DNA from: a virus
Length of the DNA stretch: 60,204 nucleotides
Virus record (IMG/VR): IMGVR_UViG_3300036944_000689
Span: 1 to 60,204 of that record
Direction: 5' to 3' (one strand)
Position numbers and translations under genes: made by a program
The notes under the pieces: generated by a model
The model's input: only the letters and a program-made list of their open reading frames with translations
The model's database searches: none
What the model was told of the DNA's origin: nothing
Shown: positions 10,541 through 18,646 of the stretch, one piece after another
Layout: each line of letters starts with the position of its first letter
How positions within the stretch are numbered: position 1 is the stretch's first letter

Positions 10541-10829
10541 ACAGGTATTCCTGGCGCTGGACCAGCTGGTCAACGCGCTGATTCCCCCGCTCGACGGCAC
10601 GATTAGCTACGCAGACGAAACCCTGTCAGCGCGCAGCTACCGCGCGTGGCGTGACGGAAAGATCCTGGGCAGGCTGACCATGAAGCCCATCAACCTGCTG
10701 TTCTTCTGGCAAGGCCCAGACCATTGCAAGAACGCCTACACCAAGGAGTTCGACCGCAAGAACTACCCGAGCGAGTACCACCCGCCCAACGGGCCGCGCT
10801 ACACATCGCGAAACAACGCCCCCCAGTAG
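10503..10829 (+). CDS. Hypothetical protein, 108 aa
   Basis: Internal ATG preceded by GAGGAGGAAG. Its TAG stop lies inside late-motif copy 2. Confidence 0.5.
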   Translation: MKRVFSLTRAYFEQVFLALDQLVNALIPPLDGTISYADETLSARSYRAWRDGKILGRLTMKPINLLFFWQGPDHCKNAYTKEFDRKNYPSEYHPPNGPRYTSRNNAPQ

Positions 10830-10862
10830 GGTTCGACCGCATGTTTCATGGCCCGGATCATC
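10820..10862 (+). promoter_or_regulatory. Copy 2 of the bipartite late motif (N19 spacing, CCGGATCATC variant)
   Basis: Exact 14-mer at 10820-10833. ATCATC at 10857-10862 is followed after 7 nt by ATG 10870. Confidence 0.5.
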
Positions 10863-10869
10863 CGGGCTC

Positions 10870-11181
10870 ATGGATCAAGCACAGACTCAAGGCGCCCCAG
10901 CGGCCCACTCGGAAGAAATCGCCGAGATCAAAGTGCGCCTCGATGCTGGTGATGCCCGCATGGGGCGTATCGAACAGGATCTTGCCGCGAACACAGCGGC
11001 CACCCAGCAGACGGCGGCCAGCACCGCCGAGCTGGTTGATCTATTCACTTCCTTCAAAGGCGCGTTCCGGGTGTTTGAGTACATCGGGCGGCTCGCCAAA
11101 CCCCTCGGGTACATCGTCGGGGCCTGCGCATCACTCGCGGCACTCTGGACGGCCTGGAAGTCTGGGGTGAACCCAAAATGA
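10870..11181 (+). CDS. Putative holin or lysis-cassette membrane protein, 103 aa
   Basis: Hydrophilic coiled N-terminus and a single C-terminal TM (PLGYIVGACASLAALWTAW). Directly upstream of, and ATGA-coupled to, the endolysin. Confidence 0.45.
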   Translation: MDQAQTQGAPAAHSEEIAEIKVRLDAGDARMGRIEQDLAANTAATQQTAASTAELVDLFTSFKGAFRVFEYIGRLAKPLGYIVGACASLAALWTAWKSGVNPK

Positions 11182-11726
11182 AAGAGGCGGTCCGCAAGGT
11201 CGTCATCAAGTTTGGCGTGCCGCTGGTGCTCGCCAGCTCAGGCCTTGCGACATTCCTGCACGACTGGGAAGCGGACAAGAAGCAGGCCACCAAGGTCTAC
11301 GCCGACCGGCTGGCGCGCGGCATCCCCACCGTCTGCGATGGCATCACTCCCGCAACCAGCCCTTACCCCGTCATCGTCGGTGACGTCTGGAGCCAGGAGC
11401 GGTGCGACGAAGTCAACCGCATGGTGGTCGAAAAGACCCAGCTCAAGCTGTTGGACTGCGTCAAAACCCGCATCAGCCAAAGCACCTTCGACGCCCTGAG
11501 CAGCCACGCGCACAACGTCGGTGTGGGCAACACCTGCGCCAGCAAGGCGCTGGGTCTGATCAATGCCGGGCGACTTGAAGAGGGCTGCCGCGCGCTGGCC
11601 TACACGCCATCCGGAGATCCCAACTGGTCGTTCGTGACCGAGAACGGCAAGGCCGTCTATGTACCGGGCCTGCACAACCGGCGTAAGGCTGAAATGGTCA
11701 TGTGCAGTCGAAAGGACTTGCTATGA
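11178..11726 (+). CDS. SAR-type endolysin, GH24 lysozyme family, 182 aa
   Basis: N-terminal weakly hydrophobic KFGVPLVLASSGLATFL. E-D-T pattern WEADKK..YADRL..PTVCDGIT. HNVGVGN and GLHNRRKAE resemble P21 R-type lysozymes. Confidence 0.85.
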   Translation: MKEAVRKVVIKFGVPLVLASSGLATFLHDWEADKKQATKVYADRLARGIPTVCDGITPATSPYPVIVGDVWSQERCDEVNRMVVEKTQLKLLDCVKTRISQSTFDALSSHAHNVGVGNTCASKALGLINAGRLEEGCRALAYTPSGDPNWSFVTENGKAVYVPGLHNRRKAEMVMCSRKDLL

Positions 11727-11929
11727 AATCGCTAGCTGTTGCCGTGATCGCCTTGACCCTCACCGGCTGCGCCACCACCAAGGGCCTCGAAGTCTCCGAA
11801 GCCGACGCCAAGGAGTGCGCTGAAGCGGGATGCACGCCGTGGCCTGAGCGCCAGCTCGAAGGCTTGGCAAAGCACTTCTTCGGCCTGGGCGTGAAGGCTG
11901 GCATCCAGCGCGAGAAGGGGAGCATCTGA
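11723..11929 (+). CDS. Small lipoprotein, 68 aa
   Basis: ATGA overlap with the endolysin. Signal peptide with lipobox LTLTGC. Confidence 0.6.
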   Translation: MKSLAVAVIALTLTGCATTKGLEVSEADAKECAEAGCTPWPERQLEGLAKHFFGLGVKAGIQREKGSI

Positions 11930-12111
11930 TGCGCGCCCTGGCCCTGGCCTTCTTCGCGCTGCTGCCCGGGGTGGCCCTGGCCAGCGGCTTCTACCTGCCG
12001 TGGTGGGGCGAGGTGCTGCTGTTTCTGATGATCAACCCCTGGGGCTGGGCTCTGCTGGCCCTGGTGCTGGCGGTGGTTGGCGGACTGATCTACAAGGCGG
12101 TCCGCAAATGA
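11929..12111 (+). CDS. Small membrane protein, 60 aa
   Basis: Track ORF. TGATG overlap with the upstream gene. Signal-like N-terminus plus a hydrophobic helix. Confidence 0.55.
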   Translation: MRALALAFFALLPGVALASGFYLPWWGEVLLFLMINPWGWALLALVLAVVGGLIYKAVRK

Positions 12112-12157
12112 ACCCCATCCTGATTGCCATGTGGTGGTTCTGGTGGAGGGCTTGGCG

Positions 12158-12397
12158 ATGACTTGGCGTGGTCGCACCTTGCGCGAGTGGGCGCTTTACT
12201 TGGCCGGAACCCTTCTGTTCCTTGTGTGGGACTTCTGCAAACGGGTCCGTGGCCATTGGCGCCGCCGTGAGTGGTGCCTCCTGCTTCGCGTGATCGGGGT
12301 GTTTCTCCTTGTCGTGTCCATGTTCATTGCTGCCTATGGCCTCGTGGCTGGCGGCCTTGAACTCGGCTTCCATCTGTACCAGGGGTCGAAAAAATGA
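12158..12397 (+). CDS. Small membrane protein, 79 aa
   Basis: ATG preceded by GGAGGG. Two hydrophobic helices. ATGA overlap with the next gene. Confidence 0.55.
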   Translation: MTWRGRTLREWALYLAGTLLFLVWDFCKRVRGHWRRREWCLLLRVIGVFLLVVSMFIAAYGLVAGGLELGFHLYQGSKK

Positions 12398-12915
12398 TCC
12401 TCGACAAGCTCAAAGCCTACGGCGCCATCGCCGCCGCCCTCGTGCTGGGCGGCCTGCTGCTGGTTCAGACCGGGCGCCTGCACTTCGAGCAGCTTGCGCA
12501 CCAGAAGCTCATCACCACCACCACACAGGCCACGCTCAAGCGCTCCGAAGCCGTGCGCGCCGACGAGACCAAAACGGCAGGCAAGGAAAGCACCCACGCC
12601 ACCGCCACACAGGAGAACTCCGATGCCTTCACCACTTCGCAACCTGTGCGCGATGCCATTGCTCGCGCTGACCTTGCTCGCGTTGAGCGGCTGCGCCTCG
12701 ACGCAGACCGCAGAGCCGCCACTTATCGCGCGCAAGCCCAAGCCGACGACGCTGCCCGCCGCGATCTCGCAGATCGACTTGAAGCCTTCGACCGCCACAT
12801 TGTCGAGGGGGCAGGAGTGGTTGCAGAACACCGAGAAGCTCTTGCCCGGCGCGACGCAGAAGTAGTGCTGCTACGGCGGCAAGTGGACATTGAGCGGGCT
12901 TTGCTGGAGCCCTGA
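12394..12915 (+). CDS. Rz: i-spanin (Rz-like), 173 aa
   Basis: N-terminal TM (YGAIAAALVLGGLLLV). Charged coiled-coil periplasmic domain. Contains an embedded lipoprotein ORF in the +1 frame. Confidence 0.8.
   Translation: MILDKLKAYGAIAAALVLGGLLLVQTGRLHFEQLAHQKLITTTTQATLKRSEAVRADETKTAGKESTHATATQENSDAFTTSQPVRDAIARADLARVERLRLDADRRAATYRAQAQADDAARRDLADRLEAFDRHIVEGAGVVAEHREALARRDAEVVLLRRQVDIERALLEP
12623..12865 (+). CDS. Rz1: o-spanin (Rz1-like) embedded in the i-spanin gene, about 80 aa (alternative start 12653)
   Basis: +1 frame inside Rz. Lipobox LALSGC after a short signal peptide. Pro-rich mature part. Confidence 0.75.
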   Translation: MPSPLRNLCAMPLLALTLLALSGCASTQTAEPPLIARKPKPTTLPAAISQIDLKPSTATLSRGQEWLQNTEKLLPGATQK

Positions 12916-12960
12916 CCAACCCGCCCCGGCCGGTTGCCGGGTCAACACACTGAGAAGACC

Positions 12961-13449
12961 ATGAGCACAATGAATTTTGGAGCAGCACTGGAGGCCATCC
13001 AGGCTGGGCAGCGCATCGCCCGCACCGGCTGGAATGGCAAGGGCATGTTCGTGTATCTGGTGCCACCCGCCAGCTACCCGGTACAGACTGGCGCGGCGAA
13101 GGCGCACTTTGGCGAAGGCGCGATGGTGCCCTACAACGCCTACATGGCAATCAAGAACGTGGATAACACGGTCAGCACCTGGGTTCCCAGCGTGAATGAC
13201 TGCCTCGCATCCGACTGGGGCGTTGTTGGGGAAAGCGATCAGGCAGCCAGCACCGTGCCGCCCCACCAGCAGCGCGTGCTGAACGAGAAGCATGAACTGG
13301 ACGAGCGCCTGTCCAAGTTGGACGCCTTCATTTTGGACAACCCACTGTTCACCAAACTCCCACCCGACGAGCAAGAGCGTCTTACCCGACAGTCGAAGGC
13401 CATGGCCGTCTACTCCGGCATCTTGGACGAGCGAATCGCCTGCTTCTGA
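12961..13449 (+). CDS. DUF2829 (Tad2-like) domain protein fused to a C-terminal helical domain, 162 aa
   Basis: MNFGAALEAIQAGQRIARTGWNGKGMFVYLV...DWGVV matches the DUF2829 pattern as remembered. C-terminus HQQRVLNEKHELDERLSKLDAFI...ERLTRQ..AM..Y..IL..RI. Confidence 0.7.
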   Translation: MSTMNFGAALEAIQAGQRIARTGWNGKGMFVYLVPPASYPVQTGAAKAHFGEGAMVPYNAYMAIKNVDNTVSTWVPSVNDCLASDWGVVGESDQAASTVPPHQQRVLNEKHELDERLSKLDAFILDNPLFTKLPPDEQERLTRQSKAMAVYSGILDERIACF

Positions 13450-13523
13450 TCACGTCGGCAAGGCCCGCCCCGGTGCGCCGGGATGGCCAAGTGGTTCGCC
13501 CAGCCAGGCCGACACCCACCACC

Positions 13524-13712
13524 ATGACTTGGCTACTCGCCTCCACCGACGACGGAACCCACATCACGCCGATGGACGACTACCGCCCGCACGACTACAC
13601 AAGCAAGTGCTGGTGCAGGCCGGTCGAGGATGTGGAAGAGCCGGACATGTGGATGCACAACAGCTTGGACGGGCGGGATGCGTTTGAGACGGGTGAGCGG
13701 CTGGTGTCGTGA
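13524..13712 (+). CDS. Small Cys/His-containing hypothetical protein, 62 aa
   Basis: Internal ATG of track ORF 13473..13712. Pattern HDYTSKCWCRP...WMHNSLDGRD. Followed by a terminator. Confidence 0.5.
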   Translation: MTWLLASTDDGTHITPMDDYRPHDYTSKCWCRPVEDVEEPDMWMHNSLDGRDAFETGERLVS

Positions 13713-13715
13713 CGC

Positions 13716-13745
13716 AAAAAAGCCCGCGCGCGGCGGGCTTCTTGG
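13716..13745. terminator. Bidirectional intrinsic terminator between convergent genes
   Basis: 8-bp stem AAGCCCGC/GCGGGCTT (13720-13740) flanked by AAAAAA and TTCTT. The U-tract is stronger for the minus-strand transcript. Confidence 0.75.
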
Positions 13746-13757
13746 GAGCTGTGGTCC

Positions 13758-14066
13758 TTAGTCTTTTCGCATGAACGACCATGCAAAGAAAATCACCACC
13801 GACAGAAACAAGGCGCTTTGCAGAATCACCACGCCCAGAGCCAAATGAAGACCATTTTTCACCTCGGACAGGTCAACCGGCAGGAAGTTTGCAAAGACGT
13901 TGAATCTCGGCAGCGTCAGGTTCATCAGCGAATTCATTGCAAGCTCGCTGCCCAATGCCGCACAGATGAACAGCAGGAACGCGCCAATCGCGCTAACGGT
14001 GACGGCAATCAAGACGGACATTTTGGCCCGGTTCATTGGGCTGGAGAAATCTGTTTCTTGAATCAT
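13758..14066 (-). CDS. Integral membrane protein, 102 aa (second moron gene)
   Basis: ATG 14066 preceded by TAAGGAGACC. Three hydrophobic helices. Region is visibly AT-richer than the flanks. Confidence 0.65.
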   Translation of the reverse strand: MIQETDFSSPMNRAKMSVLIAVTVSAIGAFLLFICAALGSELAMNSLMNLTLPRFNVFANFLPVDLSEVKNGLHLALGVVILQSALFLSVVIFFAWSFMRKD

Positions 14067-14076
14067 GGTGGTCTCC

Positions 14077-14673
14077 TTAGCAGGACTCAGAGCCTTTGAT
14101 TTGCTTGAAACGCCCAGCACCAAAGATGCAAAGGCGGCGGGTGCTGAGGTCGGTCAGCGTTCTGTCTTTTGCGATCACATCCATTGATAGAGTGTTGACC
14201 GGGACAAGCCCCTTCTTGTCTGTGAACCGCCCGTTCCTGTCCATGAACAGGCCGCCGCCGTCAGTTGGGGCTACGACAACAAGCATGTTTGGCGATGGAT
14301 TGCTTTCTTGAATGGTGCACTCAGTGGGGTCTGCAGGAGTGCACGCGGCTTGAGTTCCGTTATTGTCTGCATCGACAAAGATCCGCCAGCCGCACTTCCA
14401 GTCGTCGTTTCCGGTTGACACGCAACTGCCAGAAACATCGTTCTTGACGATGGCGATTTTGCCGCCAAGGCCAATGGCTTTGGACCGGGCGAAATAGAGG
14501 CTGCTCTGCAGTTCCTCAATCGTTGTTTTGACTCGCCAGCGTTCGATCAGTGGTTGGAAACTTGGAAGCGCCAGGGCGGCCAGCAGACCCAAGATGGTCA
14601 CTACCACTAAGACCTCGACGATGGTGAACCCGCTCTGTCTGCGTGGGTGGGATAGCGATGAAGTGTGAAGCAT
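14077..14673 (-). CDS. Type IV pilin-like protein, FimT/GspH minor-pilin family, 198 aa
   Basis: Prepilin motif RRQSG/FTIVEVLVVVTILGLLAALALPSF with Glu5. GspH-like segment TTIEELQSSLYFARSKAI. Cys-rich C-terminus. Confidence 0.75.
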   Translation of the reverse strand: MLHTSSLSHPRRQSGFTIVEVLVVVTILGLLAALALPSFQPLIERWRVKTTIEELQSSLYFARSKAIGLGGKIAIVKNDVSGSCVSTGNDDWKCGWRIFVDADNNGTQAACTPADPTECTIQESNPSPNMLVVVAPTDGGGLFMDRNGRFTDKKGLVPVNTLSMDVIAKDRTLTDLSTRRLCIFGAGRFKQIKGSESC

Positions 14674-14862
14674 GAGTCACCCTTGAAAAGAGTCAGCGTG
14701 TGCTGGTTTGGTATGCGGGCGCAGGAAGTCCGGCGCAATCCAGCACCAAAGACTTGATTCTGCCCAAAAATAGGCCCGGAGAGTGTGTGGAATAGCGCAC
14801 ACCGGGAGGAACGTGCCATCTACACGGATCAGCGGTAGGCGGCAGGGGGATGGATGGCCAGG

Positions 14863-15186
14863 TCAGGCCGGTGCAAGCTGGTCGAAGTCCGCCAGCGGCA
14901 TCTCGGTGCCATCGTGGGCCACAAGAACGCCAGCAGTGACATCCGATACCTCAATCGGGCTGCCATTGAATTTGCCTTGCTCTGGCTTCACGCCATTCAT
15001 TGGGACGCAGCCATAGAGGCGGCACAGGTGCAGGTCGTCGGCCTGCTGCTTGGTGAGAACCAGCTTTTGCGGAAGCGCGGCCCCGTGGGCGCGCCAGTGG
15101 GCACGGAATGCGTTTGTCGCGCGGCGGTGGATGTCTGCCATGCCTGGGCGGCAGGGCGGGAGGTCTACGGTGTTCGGGGCTGCCAT
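14863..15186 (-). CDS. Hypothetical protein downstream of int (start uncertain, alternative 15141)
   Basis: Internal ATG of track ORF 14863..15270. No clear SD. Supported only by position and open frame. Confidence 0.3.
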   Translation of the reverse strand: MAAPNTVDLPPCRPGMADIHRRATNAFRAHWRAHGAALPQKLVLTKQQADDLHLCRLYGCVPMNGVKPEQGKFNGSPIEVSDVTAGVLVAHDGTEMPLADFDQLAPA

Positions 15187-15229
15187 GCAGGGATTCTGCC
15201 TAAGAAACTGCCCGCAATGGACGGCTCCG

Positions 15230-16270
15230 CTACCTCTTGGCCTTTCCGGCGCCCAGCTTCTCGAGCACATGCTTTGGCTGAATGTGCGTGTACCGCTTGA
15301 GCGATTCCCAACTGGTGTGCCCTGAAATCAAAGACACCTCGGGGATGGACAACCCAGCCTCGAAAAGCCTGCTGATCCCTTCGTGCCGAAGGTCGTGCAG
15401 GGTGATGTCTTCCAGCTCCAGCAGTTTTGCCGCCCGCTGGAAAGCCGCACTGACAGACGTACCGAGAAACGGGAAGATCCGGCCTTCGGTACGCGGCATC
15501 CCCGCCAGGATGGACTGCGCCGCTGGCGGCACCGGGACCACCTCGTCCCGTGGCATGGTCGGGTGCTTGGTGTCCCTGAGCGTGAGGGTGTGGTTTTTGG
15601 CGTCGTAGTCCGCCCACTTGGCGTTCATGATTTCCTCGCGGCGCCTGGGCAGGGCCACCAGAAAACGCAGGATCGTCGGCAGGGGAATCATGGTCCCATC
15701 CAGTCTGCTCCACCACGCATCAATCATGTCCAGCTCGGCATCCGTGACGCGGCGGTCCCGGCGCTTGCTGGGCGCAACCACCTGCATTCGGCGCAGGTGA
15801 TCCAGGGCGTTCGACACCACGGCCATGTCCAGCGGGATGCCGTGTGCCACTGGCGCCGCCCGGTAGGCCGCCCGCACGGCCATCATGTGGTTCAGCAGAG
15901 TGGCGGGTGATCTCCCCTCCGAGTGCTGCACCGCCCAGTCAATGAAATCCGCAGATGTGACGGTGTCCACCGGCTTTTCTGTGAACGAGTAGGCCCGGAT
16001 GTTCTTGAACCTGTGCTCGACAGCTTCGTACTCGCGCCCGATCTTCTTGAGCATCTTGACGTGCATATCCATCAGGTCAGCCAGGGATATCTGCCCCTGC
16101 TTTCTGGCCTGAACTCCGGTCTTTGCAATGCGCTTTTCCAGCGCTGCGGCCCAAGCCTGGGCCTGGGCGCGGGTGTCGAAGGTCGCACTCTCCTGATGGA
16201 CAATGCGGCCATCCTCTTTGATTCGTACCTGGGCTTGAAAGCGGTCGTTGCGCTGGCGGATCGTAGGCAT
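15230..16270 (-). CDS. int: Tyrosine integrase, 346 aa
   Basis: C-terminal catalytic pattern HDLRHEGISRL...LISGHTSWESLKRYTH (R-H-R-Y family). N-terminal SAM-like domain. Confidence 0.9.
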   Translation of the reverse strand: MPTIRQRNDRFQAQVRIKEDGRIVHQESATFDTRAQAQAWAAALEKRIAKTGVQARKQGQISLADLMDMHVKMLKKIGREYEAVEHRFKNIRAYSFTEKPVDTVTSADFIDWAVQHSEGRSPATLLNHMMAVRAAYRAAPVAHGIPLDMAVVSNALDHLRRMQVVAPSKRRDRRVTDAELDMIDAWWSRLDGTMIPLPTILRFLVALPRRREEIMNAKWADYDAKNHTLTLRDTKHPTMPRDEVVPVPPAAQSILAGMPRTEGRIFPFLGTSVSAAFQRAAKLLELEDITLHDLRHEGISRLFEAGLSIPEVSLISGHTSWESLKRYTHIQPKHVLEKLGAGKAKR

Positions 16271-16274
16271 GTGC

Positions 16275-16500
16275 GGTGTGACAGGGCGGTTTTGTCACAC
16301 CGATTGTCACACCGGGAAGTGCTTTGATGTGCCAAAAGGTGTTTTCAGGTGGTTGCTGTCACACCACAAACGCATCATAAGATGTTGATCCGTAACGATA
16401 AATGCCGGATAGTGCCCGGTGGTTCAGGAGCTGTGTGGAAATTATAGGTTCGACGCATCTCCCTCTGTAGAAGGGCATCTGTCACACCGGGCGTCACACC
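16275..16500. promoter_or_regulatory. attP-like region with repeated 9-mers TGTCACACC (candidate integrase arm-type sites)
   Basis: TGTCACACC at 16293, 16305, 16357 and 16480. CGTCACACC at 16492. Inverted GGTGTGACA at 16275. They flank an AT-richer centre at 16366-16470. Confidence 0.5.
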
Positions 16501-16514
16501 GGGGTGACAGAAAA

Positions 16515-16763
16515 TCAAACGGCCTGCATCTTACGATGCTGCGACTTGGCCCGGTCGGCGCGGTCCTTGATCCACTTCTCCAGGTCATCGCGCAGCACGT
16601 AGAGCGGTCCCTTGCGGGTGCCGTTGATGCGGAAGGCTGGGATTGGCAGGGTGTTGGTCGCCGCCTTGCGCTGGGCAATCCGAGGGGTGATATTGAACAC
16701 CTGCTCGGCAATGTCGTTCAGGGGCAGCATGTCTTCCCCGAGGATGTTCTTGGTGTCGGTCAT
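16515..16763 (-). CDS. PrtN-like/excisionase-like DNA-binding protein, 82 aa
   Basis: SD GGAGAAAG. Pattern LPLNDIAEQVF.ITPRIAQRKAATNTLPIPAFRI...KGPLYVLRDDLEKWI resembles the pyocin-activator PrtN family. Adjacent to int. Confidence 0.6.
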   Translation of the reverse strand: MTDTKNILGEDMLPLNDIAEQVFNITPRIAQRKAATNTLPIPAFRINGTRKGPLYVLRDDLEKWIKDRADRAKSQHRKMQAV

Positions 16764-16827
16764 GGCGTCTTTCTCCTGTGTTCTCGTTCCGGCCGGCCGC
16801 CGTAGTAGATGCGGGCGATTCCGGCTT

Positions 16828-17817
16828 TCATGCGGAGGTCTCCATCACGCATTCAATGAAGGCTTGCGCGGCTTTCGCGTTGATGGCGTTACCGTAGGCG
16901 CGCAGGCGTCCCACTCGGGCGGGAGCCCCATGAGCCAGCGGGAATGAGCCGGGTTCAACTGGCCGCCAGCGGCCATCCCGGCAGAAGAGCCAGTCAGCAT
17001 CTCGCCAGTAGCCGTTAGTCGGGCCGGTTGGTCCGGGTGCGGCTTGCATGGCTCCATCGCTGCCCGCCATTGCCCGCTGATCTGCCCATGCGCCGCCGGT
17101 GACGTGCTGCCCACAAGTGGCGTCGGCCATCCCGCCAGCGCCACGATCTGCCCCAACGGCTTGCCCGTGTCCCATGGCCTCGCATCCTTCACGCCCCGGC
17201 TCGCATCGGTTGCTGTCGTTGTCGGCCAGCCAGCCAAAGTCACGGTCTTGCGCAACTCCGTACGACGGCACTCCGAATCCGGCTCGTAACAATTCCCCCG
17301 TCCGTCGTTCGCCTTGGGCGTCGGCCACCCAGTAGAGCCGGTCTCGGATATGCGGCGCACCGACGCCCGCAGACGGGAACGGGACCGCCCCGAAGGCGTA
17401 ACCCATGGCTTCCACGTCATTGCATACAAGGTCGATCCAAGGGTCTGCGTCTTTGCTTGCAACTTGCTCTCCAAGGACGATTGCAGGGCGGCACTCTTTG
17501 ATAAGGTGGTGGAAGTGGGGCCAGAGGTGCCGCTGGTCATCAAACCCAGCTCCTTGGCCTGCCGCGCTGAAAGGTTGGCACGGACAGGAACCAGTCCAAA
17601 CAGGTCGGTCGTCGCTCCATCCGGCAGACCGGAGGGCATGTGACCAAACGCCAATGCCTGCGAAGAAATGGCACTGGGTGAAGCCGCGCAAGTCGCTGGG
17701 GTAGACATCTTCAATGCTCCTTTCGTCCACGATGCCAGGCGCTATGTGCCCGGCGTTGATGAGGTTGCGCAGCCACTGAGCCGCGAACGGGTCTATCTCG
17801 TTGTAGTAAGCGGTCAT
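16828..17817 (-). CDS. DNA (cytosine-5) methyltransferase, 329 aa
   Basis: Motif I FFAGIGVW, motif [10 protein letters not shown], motif VI LGEQV, motif [12 protein letters not shown], motif X GNAI. Confidence 0.85.
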   Translation of the reverse strand: MTAYYNEIDPFAAQWLRNLINAGHIAPGIVDERSIEDVYPSDLRGFTQCHFFAGIGVWSHALRSAGWSDDRPVWTGSCPCQPFSAAGQGAGFDDQRHLWPHFHHLIKECRPAIVLGEQVASKDADPWIDLVCNDVEAMGYAFGAVPFPSAGVGAPHIRDRLYWVADAQGERRTGELLRAGFGVPSYGVAQDRDFGWLADNDSNRCEPGREGCEAMGHGQAVGADRGAGGMADATCGQHVTGGAWADQRAMAGSDGAMQAAPGPTGPTNGYWRDADWLFCRDGRWRPVEPGSFPLAHGAPARVGRLRAYGNAINAKAAQAFIECVMETSA

Positions 17818-17821
17818 GGGC

Positions 17822-17845
17822 AAAAAAAAGGCCCCTCTCGGAGCC
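17822..17845 (-). terminator. Intrinsic terminator (minus strand) just upstream of the methyltransferase start
   Basis: Minus-strand RNA GGCUCC-GAGA-GGGGCC followed by U8. The G-U pair makes it strand-specific. Confidence 0.7.
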
Positions 17846-17866
17846 CTGGTGTGGTGTGTTTGCCTG

Positions 17867-18325
17867 TTAGGCGGTGGTGGGTGGTGGATACGGCAGCTTT
17901 ACGCCAAGCGCTTCTGCCTCCTTGGGGTACTCCAGTACCCATGCAGCCATGAGCGCTTGGCGCAGACGGCGTGAGCACTTTGGATCGAGCGGGCTCCAAT
18001 CTGTGCCAGCGTCTTCGTGCTGACTGAGCGCCTCCATGGCGTGATGAATTGCCGCCGCGATGCCGTGGAAGTTGTCTGGCATGATGTCCATGGCATGTTC
18101 CGGCTGGCCATCGCCAAAGAATTGATCTGGCTTCATCCACGGTGGTCGCGGCATTTCTCCTGGCGGCGTCCACCCAGCCGCAATCAGCTGATCGCGGACC
18201 ACCTGGTCTTGCAAGTGCACCACATGATGTGATGCTTCTCCGAACACATCGGTGACAAATCCGATGGTGTCCTTGTCCTTGCCTACCAGCGGCGTGACGG
18301 TGATTCGATTGTTGAAGGGTTCCAT
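17867..18325 (-). CDS. Hypothetical early protein, 152 aa
   Basis: Track ORF with SD AAGGA before the ATG. Confidence 0.6.
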   Translation of the reverse strand: MEPFNNRITVTPLVGKDKDTIGFVTDVFGEASHHVVHLQDQVVRDQLIAAGWTPPGEMPRPPWMKPDQFFGDGQPEHAMDIMPDNFHGIAAAIHHAMEALSQHEDAGTDWSPLDPKCSRRLRQALMAAWVLEYPKEAEALGVKLPYPPPTTA

Positions 18326-18346
18326 GTTAATCCTTATGAGCGCCCG

Positions 18347-18634
18347 TTAGAGTGGCGGTGTGGTTGGCTTGTGGCGTTCCGCAAGCCACTGTTCTTGATG
18401 GGCTTGATAGTCGCGCGTCTCTTCTTCGCTGCACAGCCTTACAGAAACCTCCACAAGCACAGGTCGAAGTTCAAGACGCTCGATGCTTGGATCAATCTCC
18501 AAAATCCCATCAATCTGATGCTGCGCGCCCTTTGCGAACGTGTGCAGTTCGCCATCAAAAGCACGGCCGGTAAGTTGAATTGAGTGGTGTCCTATCACCC
18601 AATGCTTTTCCGCAGTTCCATCAACTTTCAGCAT
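18347..18634 (-). CDS. Hypothetical early protein, 95 aa
   Basis: Track ORF with SD GGGAG before the ATG. Confidence 0.6.
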   Translation of the reverse strand: MLKVDGTAEKHWVIGHHSIQLTGRAFDGELHTFAKGAQHQIDGILEIDPSIERLELRPVLVEVSVRLCSEEETRDYQAHQEQWLAERHKPTTPPL

Positions 18635-18646
18635 TCACTATCTCCC

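Noticed and set aside
14854-15300. 148-aa plus-strand ORF overlapping the end of int
   Set aside because: It is antisense to the integrase C-terminus and to 14863-15186. It has no SD and an implausible sequence.
16419-16805. Plus-strand ORFs across the attP-like region and the xis-like gene
   Set aside because: They are antisense to the PrtN-like gene, which has a good SD. The region is dominated by repeat sites.
16845-17714. 289-aa alternative frame inside the methyltransferase gene
   Set aside because: All C5-methyltransferase motifs, including the C-terminal GNAI, lie in the other frame (16828-17817).
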